Positions 31,587-43,272 of a DNA stretch of 43,272 bases are shown piece after piece. The number at the start of each line of letters is the position of its first letter. Within the stretch, counting starts at the first letter, position 1. The position numbers and the translations under genes were made by a program. The DNA is taken from sequence record SRR20825019_881. One strand, written 5' to 3'. The notes beneath the pieces were generated by a model. That model worked only from the letters and a program-made list of their open reading frames with translations, made no database searches and was not told the origin of the DNA.

Positions 31587-32825
31587 TTACTTACCGCTGT
31601 TGGTGAATTCCGGATATGCTTCCATACCGCATTCAACATAGTCGACACCTTCATACTCTTCTTCCTCGGTGACACGGATACCCATGACCACTTTGAGGAT
31701 AGACCAGACGATGAAGCTGGCAACAAACACCCAGACGAAGATGGTAGCAGCACCGATCAACTGACCGGTAAAGCTGGCACCTTCATTTGTCAGAGGTACA
31801 GCAAACAGACCCCACAGACCAACGGTACCGTGGACTGAGATAGCACCAACAGGATCGTCGATTTTCAGTTTGTCCAGGAAGACGATTGAGAATACGACGA
31901 TAACACCACCGATTGCACCGATGATGGTAGCCATCAGCGGAGTTGGTGTGTCAGGACCTGCTGTAATAGCCACCAGACCGGCCAGAGCGCCGTTCAGGAT
32001 CATGGTCAGATCTGCTTTACCAAACATCAGCTTGGCGACGATCAGCGCTGCCAGGACACCACCTGCAGCAGCAGCGTTGGTGTTCATGAACACAACCGCT
32101 ACCGCGTTGGCACTTTCAACTGAAGCGGTTGCCAGAACCGAACCACCGTTAAAGCCGAACCAACCCATCCACAGAATGAATGTACCGATAGTAGCCAAAG
32201 GCAGGTTACCGCCCGGGATTGGGTGAATTTCACCATTCGGACCGTATTTACCTTTACGGGCACCCAACAGGATGACACCAGCCAAAGCAGCAGCGGCACC
32301 AGCCATATGAACGATACCGGAACCGGCAAAGTCGGAGAAGCCGAAGTCACCCAGATTGTACAGACCAAATACGTCCGCACCACCCCAGGTCCAGGAGCCT
32401 TCCAATGGGTAGATAAAGGCAGTCATTACGACAGCGAAAGCTGCAAAAGACCATAACTTCATCCGCTCAGCAACCGCACCAGACACGATGGACATTGTGG
32501 CTGCTACGAATACTGCCTGGAAGAAAAAGTCAGCAGAAGGCGCATAAGTGGCTGGCTCAGCAGCACCTGTTACACCGTCACCGACGATACCGTCTAAGAA
32601 CAGACCACCACCGTACATGATGTCATAACCAACAATGAGATAAGCCGTACAGGCGATAGCATAAAGCATCACGTTCTTGGTTAAGATTTCAGTCGTGTTT
32701 TTCGCGCGGACCAGACCAGATTCCAGCATCGCAAAGCCGGCCGCCATCCACATTACAAAGGCACCACTGACTAGGAAATAGAAAGTGTCCAATGCATATT
32801 GGAGTTGGAAGATTTCGTTATCCAT
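31587..32825 (-). CDS. amtB: Ammonium transporter
   Basis: GFAMLESG, SGAVAER, DFAGSGIVH, LWMGWFGFNGGS, DDPVGAISVHG; both pore histidines are present. Confidence 0.96.
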   Translation of the reverse strand: MDNEIFQLQYALDTFYFLVSGAFVMWMAAGFAMLESGLVRAKNTTEILTKNVMLYAIACTAYLIVGYDIMYGGGLFLDGIVGDGVTGAAEPATYAPSADFFFQAVFVAATMSIVSGAVAERMKLWSFAAFAVVMTAFIYPLEGSWTWGGADVFGLYNLGDFGFSDFAGSGIVHMAGAAAALAGVILLGARKGKYGPNGEIHPIPGGNLPLATIGTFILWMGWFGFNGGSVLATASVESANAVAVVFMNTNAAAAGGVLAALIVAKLMFGKADLTMILNGALAGLVAITAGPDTPTPLMATIIGAIGGVIVVFSIVFLDKLKIDDPVGAISVHGTVGLWGLFAVPLTNEGASFTGQLIGAATIFVWVFVASFIVWSILKVVMGIRVTEEEEYEGVDYVECGMEAYPEFTNSGK

Positions 32826-32843
32826 GTTTTCTACTCCTCAAGC

Positions 32844-33185
<342 letters not shown>

Positions 33186-33245
33186 CTAATTTCCTTCTGT
33201 AGAAAAGAAGGCCCGTTCAACATCGAACGGGCCGTCTGAGAAGCG

Positions 33246-33956
33246 TTAGAATGATTTAGAAACAGAGAACAGGAAGGTTTCTTCTGCCAAATCACCTGCC
33301 CAATCTTCTGCATCACTGTCTGCGTCTTGATAAGACAGGTCAAGAGTGAAACCTGCCAGATCTTTGGAAACACCAATCCAGTAGTGAGAATAATCATCTA
33401 CACCGGCAGTGAAAGTCTCTTCGTCTGCGTCATATACGCCAAATCCACCGTACAGGTTCAGACCCATTGGCAAATCATAGCCAGCGTCGACGTAATAGTA
33501 GTAACCATCTTCGCCAGAACCCAGCGTATCACTTGAATAAGCGACACCAGCAGAGAAGATGCTGTAGCTTAATGAACCGTATACTTCATTAAAGTTGTAA
33601 TCTTCACCTGGGAACATGTAACGCAGGAAGCCGACATCGTAACCGACGCCTGATTCACCGAACTCACCTGCATAGCCCAGGTAGGCATCAAATTCTGCGC
33701 TGGCGTCATCACCGTAATCGACATTTGAACCCCAGACACCGGCATAGAAACCACTGCTGTGAGCGTAGTCCAGGCTGCCTGAGACAGCGGGGTCGCCATC
33801 AGTTTGTGAAATACCACGCCAGATATATTCAGAAGAAAGGGCGACGCTGGCACTGGTTGAGTGCTGGCCGTCTTCACTTTCCCAAGCCATTGCTGTTGAA
33901 GCTGCAAACATGGAAGTCGCGGCTAAGCAAAGTGCTGAAATCTTACTCAGTTTCAT
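33246..33956 (-). CDS. TorF-like / TIGR02001-type putative outer-membrane beta-barrel
   Basis: Signal peptide ending AMA, SEYIWRGISQT, PAVSG.LDY, GFYAGVWGSNV, EFDAYLGY, C-terminal SVSKSF with terminal Phe. Confidence 0.88.
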   Translation of the reverse strand: MKLSKISALCLAATSMFAASTAMAWESEDGQHSTSASVALSSEYIWRGISQTDGDPAVSGSLDYAHSSGFYAGVWGSNVDYGDDASAEFDAYLGYAGEFGESGVGYDVGFLRYMFPGEDYNFNEVYGSLSYSIFSAGVAYSSDTLGSGEDGYYYYVDAGYDLPMGLNLYGGFGVYDADEETFTAGVDDYSHYWIGVSKDLAGFTLDLSYQDADSDAEDWAGDLAEETFLFSVSKSF

Positions 33957-34050
33957 GGTTTTACTCCTCGGTTTAACATTTTATTGTTTAGTCGTTTGAA
34001 TCCCGGCGTTGAATTTTTGCAACACTGTGTATTCAGACTGCAACAGGTTG

Positions 34051-34067
34051 AGCAGATAGCATGCCAA
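34051..34067 (-). promoter_or_regulatory. Sigma54 (-24/-12) promoter of the torF-like-glnK-amtB operon
   Basis: Minus strand reads TTGGCATGCTATCTGCT, giving GG-N10-GC and a close match to TGGCAC-N5-TTGCW, about 95 bp upstream of ATG 33956. Confidence 0.85.
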
Positions 34068-34130
34068 GTTTGTAAACCATTGAAAAAACAGTGAACTATT
34101 GCACATTTGCTTGTTTCTGGTTCAGCTTAC

Positions 34131-34178
34131 AGGATCATTTTGGTGCAGACCATATTGCTGTCGGGCCAATCTGGTGCG
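34131..34178. promoter_or_regulatory. Two tandem NtrC-like enhancer sites
   Basis: AGGATCATTTTGGTGCA (34131-34147) and CGGGCCAATCTGGTGCG (34162-34178) resemble TGCACC-N5-GGTGCA and are 31 bp apart, upstream of the sigma54 promoter. Confidence 0.72.
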
Positions 34179-34254
34179 CAATAGCGACTTTTTGTCTTAG
34201 ATTTGCCCTGCGTTAGTTGTTAACATAGCCGCACATTGAAACAGAGGGATTGGC

Positions 34255-35028
34255 ATGACCTACCCACAGATTGACCCGGTGGCAATCAGTCTCGGACCTT
34301 TATCCATACACTGGTACGGCCTGATGTACCTGCTGGGCTTTGTATTTGTCTGGCTGCTGGGACGTTATCGTGCAGCCCGCCATGACTGGCAGACCGGGCA
34401 ACTGGAGGATCTGCTGTTCTATGGTGCGCTGGGTGTCATCCTGGGCGGACGTCTGGGGTATGCGCTGTTTTATGATTTACCCGCCAATCTGGACAATCCA
34501 CTGAATCTGCTGAAAATCTGGCAGGGAGGGATGTCCTTCCATGGCGGTCTTATCGGTGTCCTGATTGCTTTCTGGTACTTCGGCCGTAAAACCGGCAAAC
34601 GCTTTTTTGAAATCAGTGACTTCATCGCACCCATGGTGCCTATCGGTCTGATGCTGGGCCGGATTGGTAACTTTATCAACGGCGAACTGTGGGGCAGGGT
34701 CAGCGATGTGCCCTGGGCGATGGTGTTCCCGGGTGGTGGTCCCTTGCCGCGGCATCCATCACAGCTATACCAGGCAGCGCTGGAAGGCCTGCTGCTTTTT
34801 ATTATCCTCTGGATTTATTCCGCTAAACCCAGACCGCGTGCAGCGGTATCCGGTCTGTTCCTGCTCGGTTATGGTGTGTTCCGCTTTATCGTGGAATTCG
34901 TGCGCATTCCTGACCCACAGTACGGTTATCTGGCTTTCGGTTGGCTGACCATGGGACAAGTGCTCTGTCTGCCGATGATTATCGGTGGTGCGGTAATGAT
35001 GATATGGGCCTACCGGCGTCAGGCTTAA
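34255..35028 (+). CDS. lgt: Prolipoprotein diacylglyceryl transferase
   Basis: [42 protein letters not shown]. Confidence 0.97.
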   Translation: MTYPQIDPVAISLGPLSIHWYGLMYLLGFVFVWLLGRYRAARHDWQTGQLEDLLFYGALGVILGGRLGYALFYDLPANLDNPLNLLKIWQGGMSFHGGLIGVLIAFWYFGRKTGKRFFEISDFIAPMVPIGLMLGRIGNFINGELWGRVSDVPWAMVFPGGGPLPRHPSQLYQAALEGLLLFIILWIYSAKPRPRAAVSGLFLLGYGVFRFIVEFVRIPDPQYGYLAFGWLTMGQVLCLPMIIGGAVMMIWAYRRQA

Positions 35029-35381
35029 GCCAGCAGAATAGTCAGCCAGGTGGCGGTGGCAATCAGTATCGTCATCAGTACAGCAAAAGAGCCATAATCT
35101 TTGGCCCGGCCTGACAGCTTGTGTTTATCGAAGCTGACCCGGTCCACGGTGGTCTCAATCGCTGAATTGAGTATTTCTACAATCATCACCAGTACCAGCG
35201 TGCTGATCATAAACAGGCGTTCCATCGCCGTGACGTCAAGATAAAAACTCAATGCGGTGAGGGCGACAAAGCCAATAAATTCCTGCCGGAATGCTTCTTC
35301 GTGTTTAAGGGCGGATTTGAGGCCCTGCCAGGAATAAATCAGTGCAAAAAACAGACGTTTCAGACCGCGGTTCTTTTCCAT
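35025..35381 (-). CDS. dgkA: Diacylglycerol kinase (DgkA family)
   Basis: [39 protein letters not shown]. Confidence 0.94.
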   Translation of the reverse strand: MEKNRGLKRLFFALIYSWQGLKSALKHEEAFRQEFIGFVALTALSFYLDVTAMERLFMISTLVLVMIVEILNSAIETTVDRVSFDKHKLSGRAKDYGSFAVLMTILIATATWLTILLA

Positions 35382-35482
35382 ATTGTCCCTGAAAGAATGG
35401 TTTAAATGTTTGAATATTAGGCAAACATTATTAACAGCATGTTAAAATTAACATCTTTATTTTCAAGCTTGTTTGGTGCGCT

Positions 35483-37366
35483 ATGAGTTACCAGGATCAT
35501 TATGATGTCATTGTCGTCGGTGGCGGTCACGCCGGGACCGAGGCCGCGCTGGCTTCTGCCCGTCAGGGCGTGAAAACCCTGCTGCTGACCCAGAATATCG
35601 AGACCCTGGGACAGATGAGTTGTAACCCGGCCATCGGTGGTATCGGTAAAGGTCACCTGGTCAAAGAAATTGATGCGCTGGGCGGTATTATGGCGCAGGC
35701 GGCTGATCGTGGCGGTATTCAGTTCCGTACCCTGAACTCCAGCAAGGGCCCGGCCGTTCGTGCAACCCGTGCTCAGGCGGATCGCGTTCGCTACAAAGCT
35801 GCGGTGCGCGCTTATCTGGAAAACCAGCCGAATCTCTACATCTTCCAGCAGGCGGTGGATGATCTGGTAGTGGAAAACGACCGCGTCGTCGGCGTGGTCA
35901 CCCAGGTGGGGCTGCGTTTCTCGGCCAATGCCGTCGTGCTGACTGTAGGCACTTTTCTGGGTGGTTTAATTCATATCGGTATGCAGAATCATCAGGGCGG
36001 CCGTGCCGGTGACCCGTCTTCAATCGCCTTGTCACAGCGCCTGCGTGCCTTGCCGTTCCGTGTCGATCGTCTTAAAACCGGTACGCCACCGCGTATTGCG
36101 ACCAGCAGTATTGATTTCTCCCAGCTGACTGAACAGCCCGGCGATGATCCGACGCCGGTGTTCTCTTTCCTGGGCAAGCGTGAACAGCATCCGCCACAGA
36201 TTTCCTGCCACATCACCCATACCAACGAGCAGACGCATGAAGTGATCCGTAATAATCTGGATCGTTCGCCGATGTACAGCGGTGAGATCGAAGGCATTGG
36301 CCCGCGTTACTGCCCGTCAATCGAAGATAAAGTGGTGCGCTTTGCTGATCGCGCTTCGCATCAGATCTTCCTGGAGCCGGAAGGCCTGGAGTGCGGCGAG
36401 GTCTATCCCAACGGCATATCCACCAGTCTGCCGTTTGATGTGCAGTACGAGATCGTGCGTTCGATGAAAGGGCTGGAAAACGCCCATATCACCCGTCCGG
36501 GCTATGCCATTGAATACGACTTCTTTGATCCGCGAGACCTTAAGCCGACGCTGGAAACCAAACATATGGCCGGTCTCTATTTTGCCGGTCAGATCAACGG
36601 CACCACTGGTTATGAAGAAGCCGGTGCCCAGGGACTGATCGCCGGTTTGAATGCCGGTCTGCAGGCCCGTGGTCTGGAAGGCTGGTACCCGCGTCGTGAT
36701 GAAGCCTATATCGGTGTCTTGATTGATGATTTGATTACCGCCGGCACCCGCGAGCCTTATCGTATGTTCACCAGCCGCGCTGAATATCGTCTGATGCTGC
36801 GTGAAGACAATGCCGATATGCGGCTGACACCGATTGGTCGCCAGCTGGGTATTGTCGATGATGAGCGCTGGGCCGTGTTTAACACCAAGCTTGAGGCGGT
36901 GGATAAAGAAAATGCCCATCTCGACAGCTTCAAGTTTGTGCCGGAGAAAATGGATCAGGCTAAAGCCGAAGCGATCCTCGGTGAAAAGCTGAGCAAGGTC
37001 ACCACAGCCAAGGACCTGTTGCGTCGACCCAAAGTGGACTATGCGACGCTGCTGGAGCTGATGCAGCGTGAGCAGGATGTCTCTGATGAAGTCGCCGAGC
37101 AGGTCGTTATTCAGGCCAAATACTCGGGTTACATCAATCGTCAGCAAAATGAAATCGAACGGGTACAGCGCAATGAAAATACCGTGCTGCCGCTTGAACT
37201 CGACTATAAAAATGTTCGCGGCCTGTCTAACGAGGTTCGCGAGAAACTTGAAAATGCCCGTCCGGCCAATCTGGGTCAGGCTGCCCGTATTTCCGGTGTG
37301 ACTCCAGCTGCAGTCTCACTCCTGCTGGTACATTTAAAACGCAGCGGCCTGAGTGAAGCCAGTTAA
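35483..37366 (+). CDS. mnmG: tRNA uridine-5-carboxymethylaminomethyl modification enzyme MnmG (GidA)
   Basis: [58 protein letters not shown]. Confidence 0.98.
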   Translation: MSYQDHYDVIVVGGGHAGTEAALASARQGVKTLLLTQNIETLGQMSCNPAIGGIGKGHLVKEIDALGGIMAQAADRGGIQFRTLNSSKGPAVRATRAQADRVRYKAAVRAYLENQPNLYIFQQAVDDLVVENDRVVGVVTQVGLRFSANAVVLTVGTFLGGLIHIGMQNHQGGRAGDPSSIALSQRLRALPFRVDRLKTGTPPRIATSSIDFSQLTEQPGDDPTPVFSFLGKREQHPPQISCHITHTNEQTHEVIRNNLDRSPMYSGEIEGIGPRYCPSIEDKVVRFADRASHQIFLEPEGLECGEVYPNGISTSLPFDVQYEIVRSMKGLENAHITRPGYAIEYDFFDPRDLKPTLETKHMAGLYFAGQINGTTGYEEAGAQGLIAGLNAGLQARGLEGWYPRRDEAYIGVLIDDLITAGTREPYRMFTSRAEYRLMLREDNADMRLTPIGRQLGIVDDERWAVFNTKLEAVDKENAHLDSFKFVPEKMDQAKAEAILGEKLSKVTTAKDLLRRPKVDYATLLELMQREQDVSDEVAEQVVIQAKYSGYINRQQNEIERVQRNENTVLPLELDYKNVRGLSNEVREKLENARPANLGQAARISGVTPAAVSLLLVHLKRSGLSEAS

Positions 37367-37998
37367 TGGCTTTGGATCTCAGAGCGCAGCTCGAACAGGG
37401 CTGCGCAGCGTTATCGCTTGAACTTTCGGTCACACAACAGGATCAGTTGCTGGACTATGTGGCACTGCTGGTTAAATGGAACAAGGTCTACAACCTGACC
37501 TCAGTGCGTGATCCGGCTCAAATGCTGTCCCGCCACATTCTCGATAGCCTCTCTGTTTTGCCTTATCTGGATGGCTCCAGCCTGCTCGATGTCGGCACCG
37601 GTGGCGGTTTGCCCGGCATTCCGGCTGCGATCGTCCGACCTGACTGCGCCGTCACGCTGCTTGACAGCAATTCCAAAAAAACCCGTTTCCTACAGCAGGT
37701 CAAGGCCGAGCTGGGTCTGGACAATGCCACGGTTGTGCACGGTCGAGTGGAACAGGTATCTTTACCCAAATTTGCTATTATCACTGCTCGTGCTTTTGCC
37801 AGTATCGACGATATCATCAGACTGGCAGGCCAGCACTGTGAACAGAACGGCCGGCTGGTATTGATGAAAGGGGTTTACCCCAGCGAGGAATTAGCATTTG
37901 ATTCCAGCGAGTTCCGGCTACAGGATGTGGTGTCACTGTCTGTGCCTGAGTGTGAAGGCGAGCGACATTTGGTGAGATTAATCAGAAACGAAGGTTGA
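37366..37998 (+). CDS. rsmG: 16S rRNA m7G527 methyltransferase RsmG (GidB)
   Basis: KWNKVYNLT, HILDSL, LDVGTGGGLPGIP, ITARAF. Confidence 0.96.
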   Translation: MALDLRAQLEQGCAALSLELSVTQQDQLLDYVALLVKWNKVYNLTSVRDPAQMLSRHILDSLSVLPYLDGSSLLDVGTGGGLPGIPAAIVRPDCAVTLLDSNSKKTRFLQQVKAELGLDNATVVHGRVEQVSLPKFAIITARAFASIDDIIRLAGQHCEQNGRLVLMKGVYPSEELAFDSSEFRLQDVVSLSVPECEGERHLVRLIRNEG

Positions 37999-38000
37999 GA

Positions 38001-38777
38001 ATGGGCAACATATTCGCAGTGACCAACCAGAAAGGCGGGGTTGGTAAGACCACCACCACGGTGAATTTGGCAGCGTCACTGGCCGAATATGGCAAGAAAG
38101 TCCTGATGATCGACCTTGACCCGCAGGGCAATGCGACTACCGGTTGCGGCCTGGATAAAAACGATATCAGTAACAGCAGTTACGAAGTCATCATGGCCGA
38201 GGCGCGAGCTGCAGATACCATTATCAGTCCGGAAGGGCTGGGCTTCGATGTGATGCCCACCAATTCCGATCTGACTGCGGCCGAAGTGGAACTGCTGGAA
38301 ATCAAGCTGCGTGAACATCGACTGCGTATCGCGCTGGAGTCGACCCGCGAGAAATACGATTACATTCTGATTGACTGCCCGCCTTCATTGAGTATGCTAA
38401 CGGTTAACGCATTGGTTGCATCACAGGGAGTTTTGATCCCGATCCAATGCGAATACTATGCTCTGGAAGGTCTGTCATCACTGCTGCGTACTGTCGAACG
38501 GGTCAAGCAACGCGCCAATCCCCAGCTCGATATCACCGGCCTGTTGCGCACCATGTTTGATGCCCGCAACAACCTGGCCAATCAAGTCTCGCGTCAGTTG
38601 ATCAATCATTTCCAGAACAAAGTGTTTCATTCGATTATCCCGCGCAACGTCCGGCTGGCGGAAGCACCCAGTCACGGCATGCCGGTATTGGCTTATGATC
38701 GCGGCTCACGCGGCTCGATTGCCTATATGGCGCTGGCAAGCGAGTTTATGCGGCGAGAGAAGAAAGCAAACGGCTGA
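38001..38777 (+). CDS. parA: Chromosome partitioning ATPase ParA/Soj
   Basis: Deviant Walker A NQKGGVGKTT, DLDPQGNAT, IDCPP, IPRNVRLAEAPSHG. Confidence 0.96.
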   Translation: MGNIFAVTNQKGGVGKTTTTVNLAASLAEYGKKVLMIDLDPQGNATTGCGLDKNDISNSSYEVIMAEARAADTIISPEGLGFDVMPTNSDLTAAEVELLEIKLREHRLRIALESTREKYDYILIDCPPSLSMLTVNALVASQGVLIPIQCEYYALEGLSSLLRTVERVKQRANPQLDITGLLRTMFDARNNLANQVSRQLINHFQNKVFHSIIPRNVRLAEAPSHGMPVLAYDRGSRGSIAYMALASEFMRREKKANG

Positions 38778-38793
38778 ATAACAGGGTTACAGC

Positions 38794-39654
38794 ATGGCGA
38801 CAAAGAAAAGAGGATTGGGCAGAGGGCTGGATGCGCTGCTGGCAGATGTGAACCAGGAAGAAAGAACTAACCTGGATGACAGTCTGCAGCATTTCCCTCT
38901 GGACATGATCCAGCCCGGTAAATATCAGCCGCGTGTCGATATGTCGCAGGAGTCGCTGGAAGAACTGGCTGACTCCATCCGCGCCCAGGGACTGGTCCAG
39001 CCGATCATTGTTCGTCCCGTCGGCCAGGATCGATATGAAATTGTCGCCGGTGAACGTCGCTGGCGTGCCTCGCGCATGGCCGGACTGGTGGAAGTACCGG
39101 TACTGGTGCGTGATGTCTCTGATCGCAGCGCGATCGCAATGGCGCTGATCGAAAATATTCAGCGTGAGAATCTCAATCCGATGGAAGAGGCCAACGCGCT
39201 GTTTCGTTTGCGCGAAGAGTTCGAGATGACCCATCAGCAGGCAGCGGAAGCGGTGGGCAAATCACGCGCCGCAGTCACCAACCTGTTACGTCTTCGCAAC
39301 CTTAATCAGGATGTCAAAAAACTGGTTGAAAATTGTGATCTGGAAATGGGGCATGCCCGCGCATTACTGGCGCTGGAGGCGGAGTTGCAGAGTGAAGTCG
39401 CCGGCCAGATCGTAGAAAAAGGCTTGTCGGTCAGAGAGGCGGAGCAACTGATTCGCCGGGTGCAGAATCCGAAAAAACCCGCGCAAAAACAGTCACAAGA
39501 CGATCTGGAAGAAATTCAGCAACTGGAAGAGAGCATCAAGCAGAAACTGGACGCCGCTTTCAGTATCAAGCACAACGCCAGCGGCAAGGGCAGACTGGTC
39601 ATCAGCTATCGTAATGTTGATGAATTGAAAAAACTCATCAAACGTATCAAGTAA
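38794..39654 (+). CDS. parB: Chromosome partitioning protein ParB/Spo0J
   Basis: GLGRGLDAL, YQPR, IVAGERRWRA, ENIQRENLNP, HTH GKSRAAVTNLLRL. Confidence 0.96.
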   Translation: MATKKRGLGRGLDALLADVNQEERTNLDDSLQHFPLDMIQPGKYQPRVDMSQESLEELADSIRAQGLVQPIIVRPVGQDRYEIVAGERRWRASRMAGLVEVPVLVRDVSDRSAIAMALIENIQRENLNPMEEANALFRLREEFEMTHQQAAEAVGKSRAAVTNLLRLRNLNQDVKKLVENCDLEMGHARALLALEAELQSEVAGQIVEKGLSVREAEQLIRRVQNPKKPAQKQSQDDLEEIQQLEESIKQKLDAAFSIKHNASGKGRLVISYRNVDELKKLIKRIK

Positions 39655-39668
39655 AGACGAGAATTTCA

Positions 39669-39698
39669 TTGACCGCCTCCGCGCGGTGTCTTTATAAT
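39669..39698 (+). promoter_or_regulatory. Sigma70-type promoter for the atp operon
   Basis: TTGACC (39669-39674), 18-bp spacer, TATAAT (39693-39698), about 42 bp before atpI. Confidence 0.7.
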
Positions 39699-39740
39699 GC
39701 CCTGATTTGCTTAAGGCAAATTCCACTTCCACAGGTAAAA

Positions 39741-41020
<1,280 letters not shown>

Positions 41021-41067
41021 TGTTTGTTGGGTTTTAACTTTTTATTTTTAGTCTTTACTTTTTGTAG

Positions 41068-41310
<243 letters not shown>

Positions 41311-41355
41311 TAGAATTATTCCGTCCCCCATTGCGGTAAACATAGAGGTACAGGC

Positions 41356-41826
41356 ATGAATATCAATGCAACCATCATAGGCCAGATTATCGCTTTCGCG
41401 GTTTTCGTTGCCTTCTGCATGAAATATGTATGGCCACCTATCATGCAAGCGCTCGAAGAGCGTAAAAAGAAAATTGCCGATGGTTTGGCTGCTGCAGAAC
41501 GTGGTCGTCACGAGCAGGAACTGGCAGAAAAACGTGCACAGCAAGTGATCCACGAAGCCAAAGAGCAAGCGAGCGAAATCGTTTCTCAGGCGCAGAAGCG
41601 TGGTAATGAAATTGTGGACGATTCCAAGAATAATGCCCGTGTAGAAGGTGAGCGAATCCTGAACTCTGCCAAGGCAGAGATCGATCAGGAAGCCAACCGT
41701 GCCCGCGACGAGCTGAAAACTCAGGTCGGCGGTATTGCACTGGCTGGTGCCAGCAAAATTCTTGGCCGTGAAATTGATGAAAAGGCCCACACCGATTTGC
41801 TCGACGAATTGGTTAGCCGAATCTAG
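41356..41826 (+). CDS. atpF: F0 ATP synthase subunit b
   Basis: [34 protein letters not shown]; 156 aa. Confidence 0.97.
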   Translation: MNINATIIGQIIAFAVFVAFCMKYVWPPIMQALEERKKKIADGLAAAERGRHEQELAEKRAQQVIHEAKEQASEIVSQAQKRGNEIVDDSKNNARVEGERILNSAKAEIDQEANRARDELKTQVGGIALAGASKILGREIDEKAHTDLLDELVSRI

Positions 41827-41837
41827 AGGAATTTAGG

Positions 41838-42371
41838 ATGGCAGAAGCAATAACCATCGCTCGTCCCTATGCCAACGCGGTCTTTGCGATCGCGCAGGAA
41901 AAAGATGAGTTGAAGGCGTGGTCTGACCTGCTTGTGGTTCTGGCGCAATGCGTTGCCGAACCAGAAATGCAATCCATAATCACTAGCCCGGCAGTAAGTG
42001 ATGAGCAGGCTGTTGACGTACTGGCGGATATCGCCGGTGACATGATGACAGCCGATGCGAAGCACTTCCTGTTGTTGCTGGCAGAAAATAACCGTCTGTT
42101 ACTTTTGACAGACATTACCGTTCTCTTCGAAGCACTGCGTGCAGAAGCTGAAAAATCGATGACCGCCGAAGTTATTTCGGCGCGTGAACTGACTCAGGAA
42201 CAGGCAGATAAAATCTCTGCCGCGCTGAAACAGCGCCTGGGTCGTGATATCACGCTTAACAGCAGCATCGATGAAAGCCTGCTGGGTGGTGCAATCATCC
42301 GTGCAGGAGACCTGGTAATCGATGGTTCTGCCTTGGGTAAACTGAACAGACTGGCCAACGCTATTAACTAA
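41838..42371 (+). CDS. atpH: F1 ATP synthase subunit delta
   Basis: [36 protein letters not shown]. Confidence 0.97.
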   Translation: MAEAITIARPYANAVFAIAQEKDELKAWSDLLVVLAQCVAEPEMQSIITSPAVSDEQAVDVLADIAGDMMTADAKHFLLLLAENNRLLLLTDITVLFEALRAEAEKSMTAEVISARELTQEQADKISAALKQRLGRDITLNSSIDESLLGGAIIRAGDLVIDGSALGKLNRLANAIN

Positions 42372-42396
42372 GCGGCCCGTTATAGAGGAAACAGAG

Positions 42397-43272
42397 ATGC
42401 AACTGAATTCAGCAGAAATCAGTGACCTGATCAAAAAGCGTATCGAAAGCTTTGAAGGGGCCACTGAAGCGCGCACAGAAGGTACCGTAGTCGGTGTTAC
42501 CGATGGTATCGTTCGTATTCACGGCTTAGCCGATGTCATGGCAGGGGAAATGCTAGAATTCCCTGGTAATACATATGGTATGGCTCTTAACCTGGAACGC
42601 GACTCTGTCGGTGCGGTTATTCTGGGTGATTACCAACACATTTCAGAAGGTGACAAGGTCAAATGTACCGGTCGTATTCTGGAAGTCCCGACTGGCGAAG
42701 CGATGCTGGGTCGTGTTGTTAACTCACTGGGTGCCCCCATTGACGGTAAAGGCGACATCAAAGCCGAAAGCAATTCTCCTATCGAGAAAGTTGCTCCCGG
42801 CGTTATCGCCCGTCAATCAGTCGACCAGCCAATCCAGACCGGCCTGAAGTCTATCGACGCGATGATCCCGGTCGGTCGTGGTCAGCGTGAGCTGATCATC
42901 GGTGACCGTCAAACCGGTAAAACAGCGATTGCGATCGACGCCATCATCAATCAGAAAAATACCGGCGTTAAATGTATCTACGTCGCTATCGGCCAGAAAG
43001 CGTCTTCGATTGCGAACGTAGTTCGTAAACTGGAAGAACACGGTGCGCTGGATCACACCATCATCGTTGCGGCTTCTGCCTCTGACTCTGCTGCACTGCA
43101 GTACATCGCACCTTACGCTGGTTGCGCCATGGGTGAATACTTCCGTGATAAAGGTGAAGATGCGCTGATCATCTATGACGATCTGACCAAACAGGCATGG
43201 GCTTACCGTCAGGTATCTCTGCTGCTGCGTCGTCCACCGGGTCGTGAAGCCTATCCGGGTGACGTGTTCTAC
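42397..43272 (+). CDS. atpA: F1 ATP synthase subunit alpha, 3' end cut by the window edge
   Basis: Missing from the ORF track because no stop codon falls in the window. Read directly: [13 protein letters not shown]..., [40 protein letters not shown]. Confidence 0.97.
   Translation, partial: MQLNSAEISDLIKKRIESFEGATEARTEGTVVGVTDGIVRIHGLADVMAGEMLEFPGNTYGMALNLERDSVGAVILGDYQHISEGDKVKCTGRILEVPTGEAMLGRVVNSLGAPIDGKGDIKAESNSPIEKVAPGVIARQSVDQPIQTGLKSIDAMIPVGRGQRELIIGDRQTGKTAIAIDAIINQKNTGVKCIYVAIGQKASSIANVVRKLEEHGALDHTIIVAASASDSAALQYIAPYAGCAMGEYFRDKGEDALIIYDDLTKQAWAYRQVSLLLRRPPGREAYPGDVFY

Noticed and set aside
35382..39740. oriC or parS sites near mnmG-parAB
   Set aside because: By eye I found no DnaA-box cluster and no TGTTNCACGTGNAACA palindrome. 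A degenerate site could have been missed without a scan.

Overview
About 43 kb of core chromosome from a gammaproteobacterium of roughly 50-55% GC. Gene content and order suggest a Methylophaga/Thiotrichales-like organism, but that is inference and was not verified. The window opens with a 5'-truncated fused 5-oxoprolinase. A tightly packed minus-strand run of 14 genes follows: def-fmt-rsmB-DUF4390-ntrY-ntrX-trkA-yqgE-ruvX-pyrR-pyrB-pyrC'-lipoprotein-HAD. Next come a monoheme cytochrome c, lysM-dprA-smg-topA, purE-purK-Rdx, gltBD, hemE, a sigma54/NtrC-type torF-like-glnK-amtB operon, lgt, dgkA, mnmG-rsmG-parA-parB and the atp operon (atpIBEFH and a 3'-truncated atpA). I see no mobile element, CRISPR array, rRNA, tRNA or defence island, and I cannot support a wholly new multi-gene system here. 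The best leads are an NtrX-like regulator whose AAA+ domain looks catalytically dead, a structured ~105-nt gltB 5' leader that could occlude the ribosome-binding site, a multi-hairpin element before topA, a pseudo-dihydroorotase, and a clear sigma54 promoter with tandem NtrC-like sites. All RNA structures were paired by eye.
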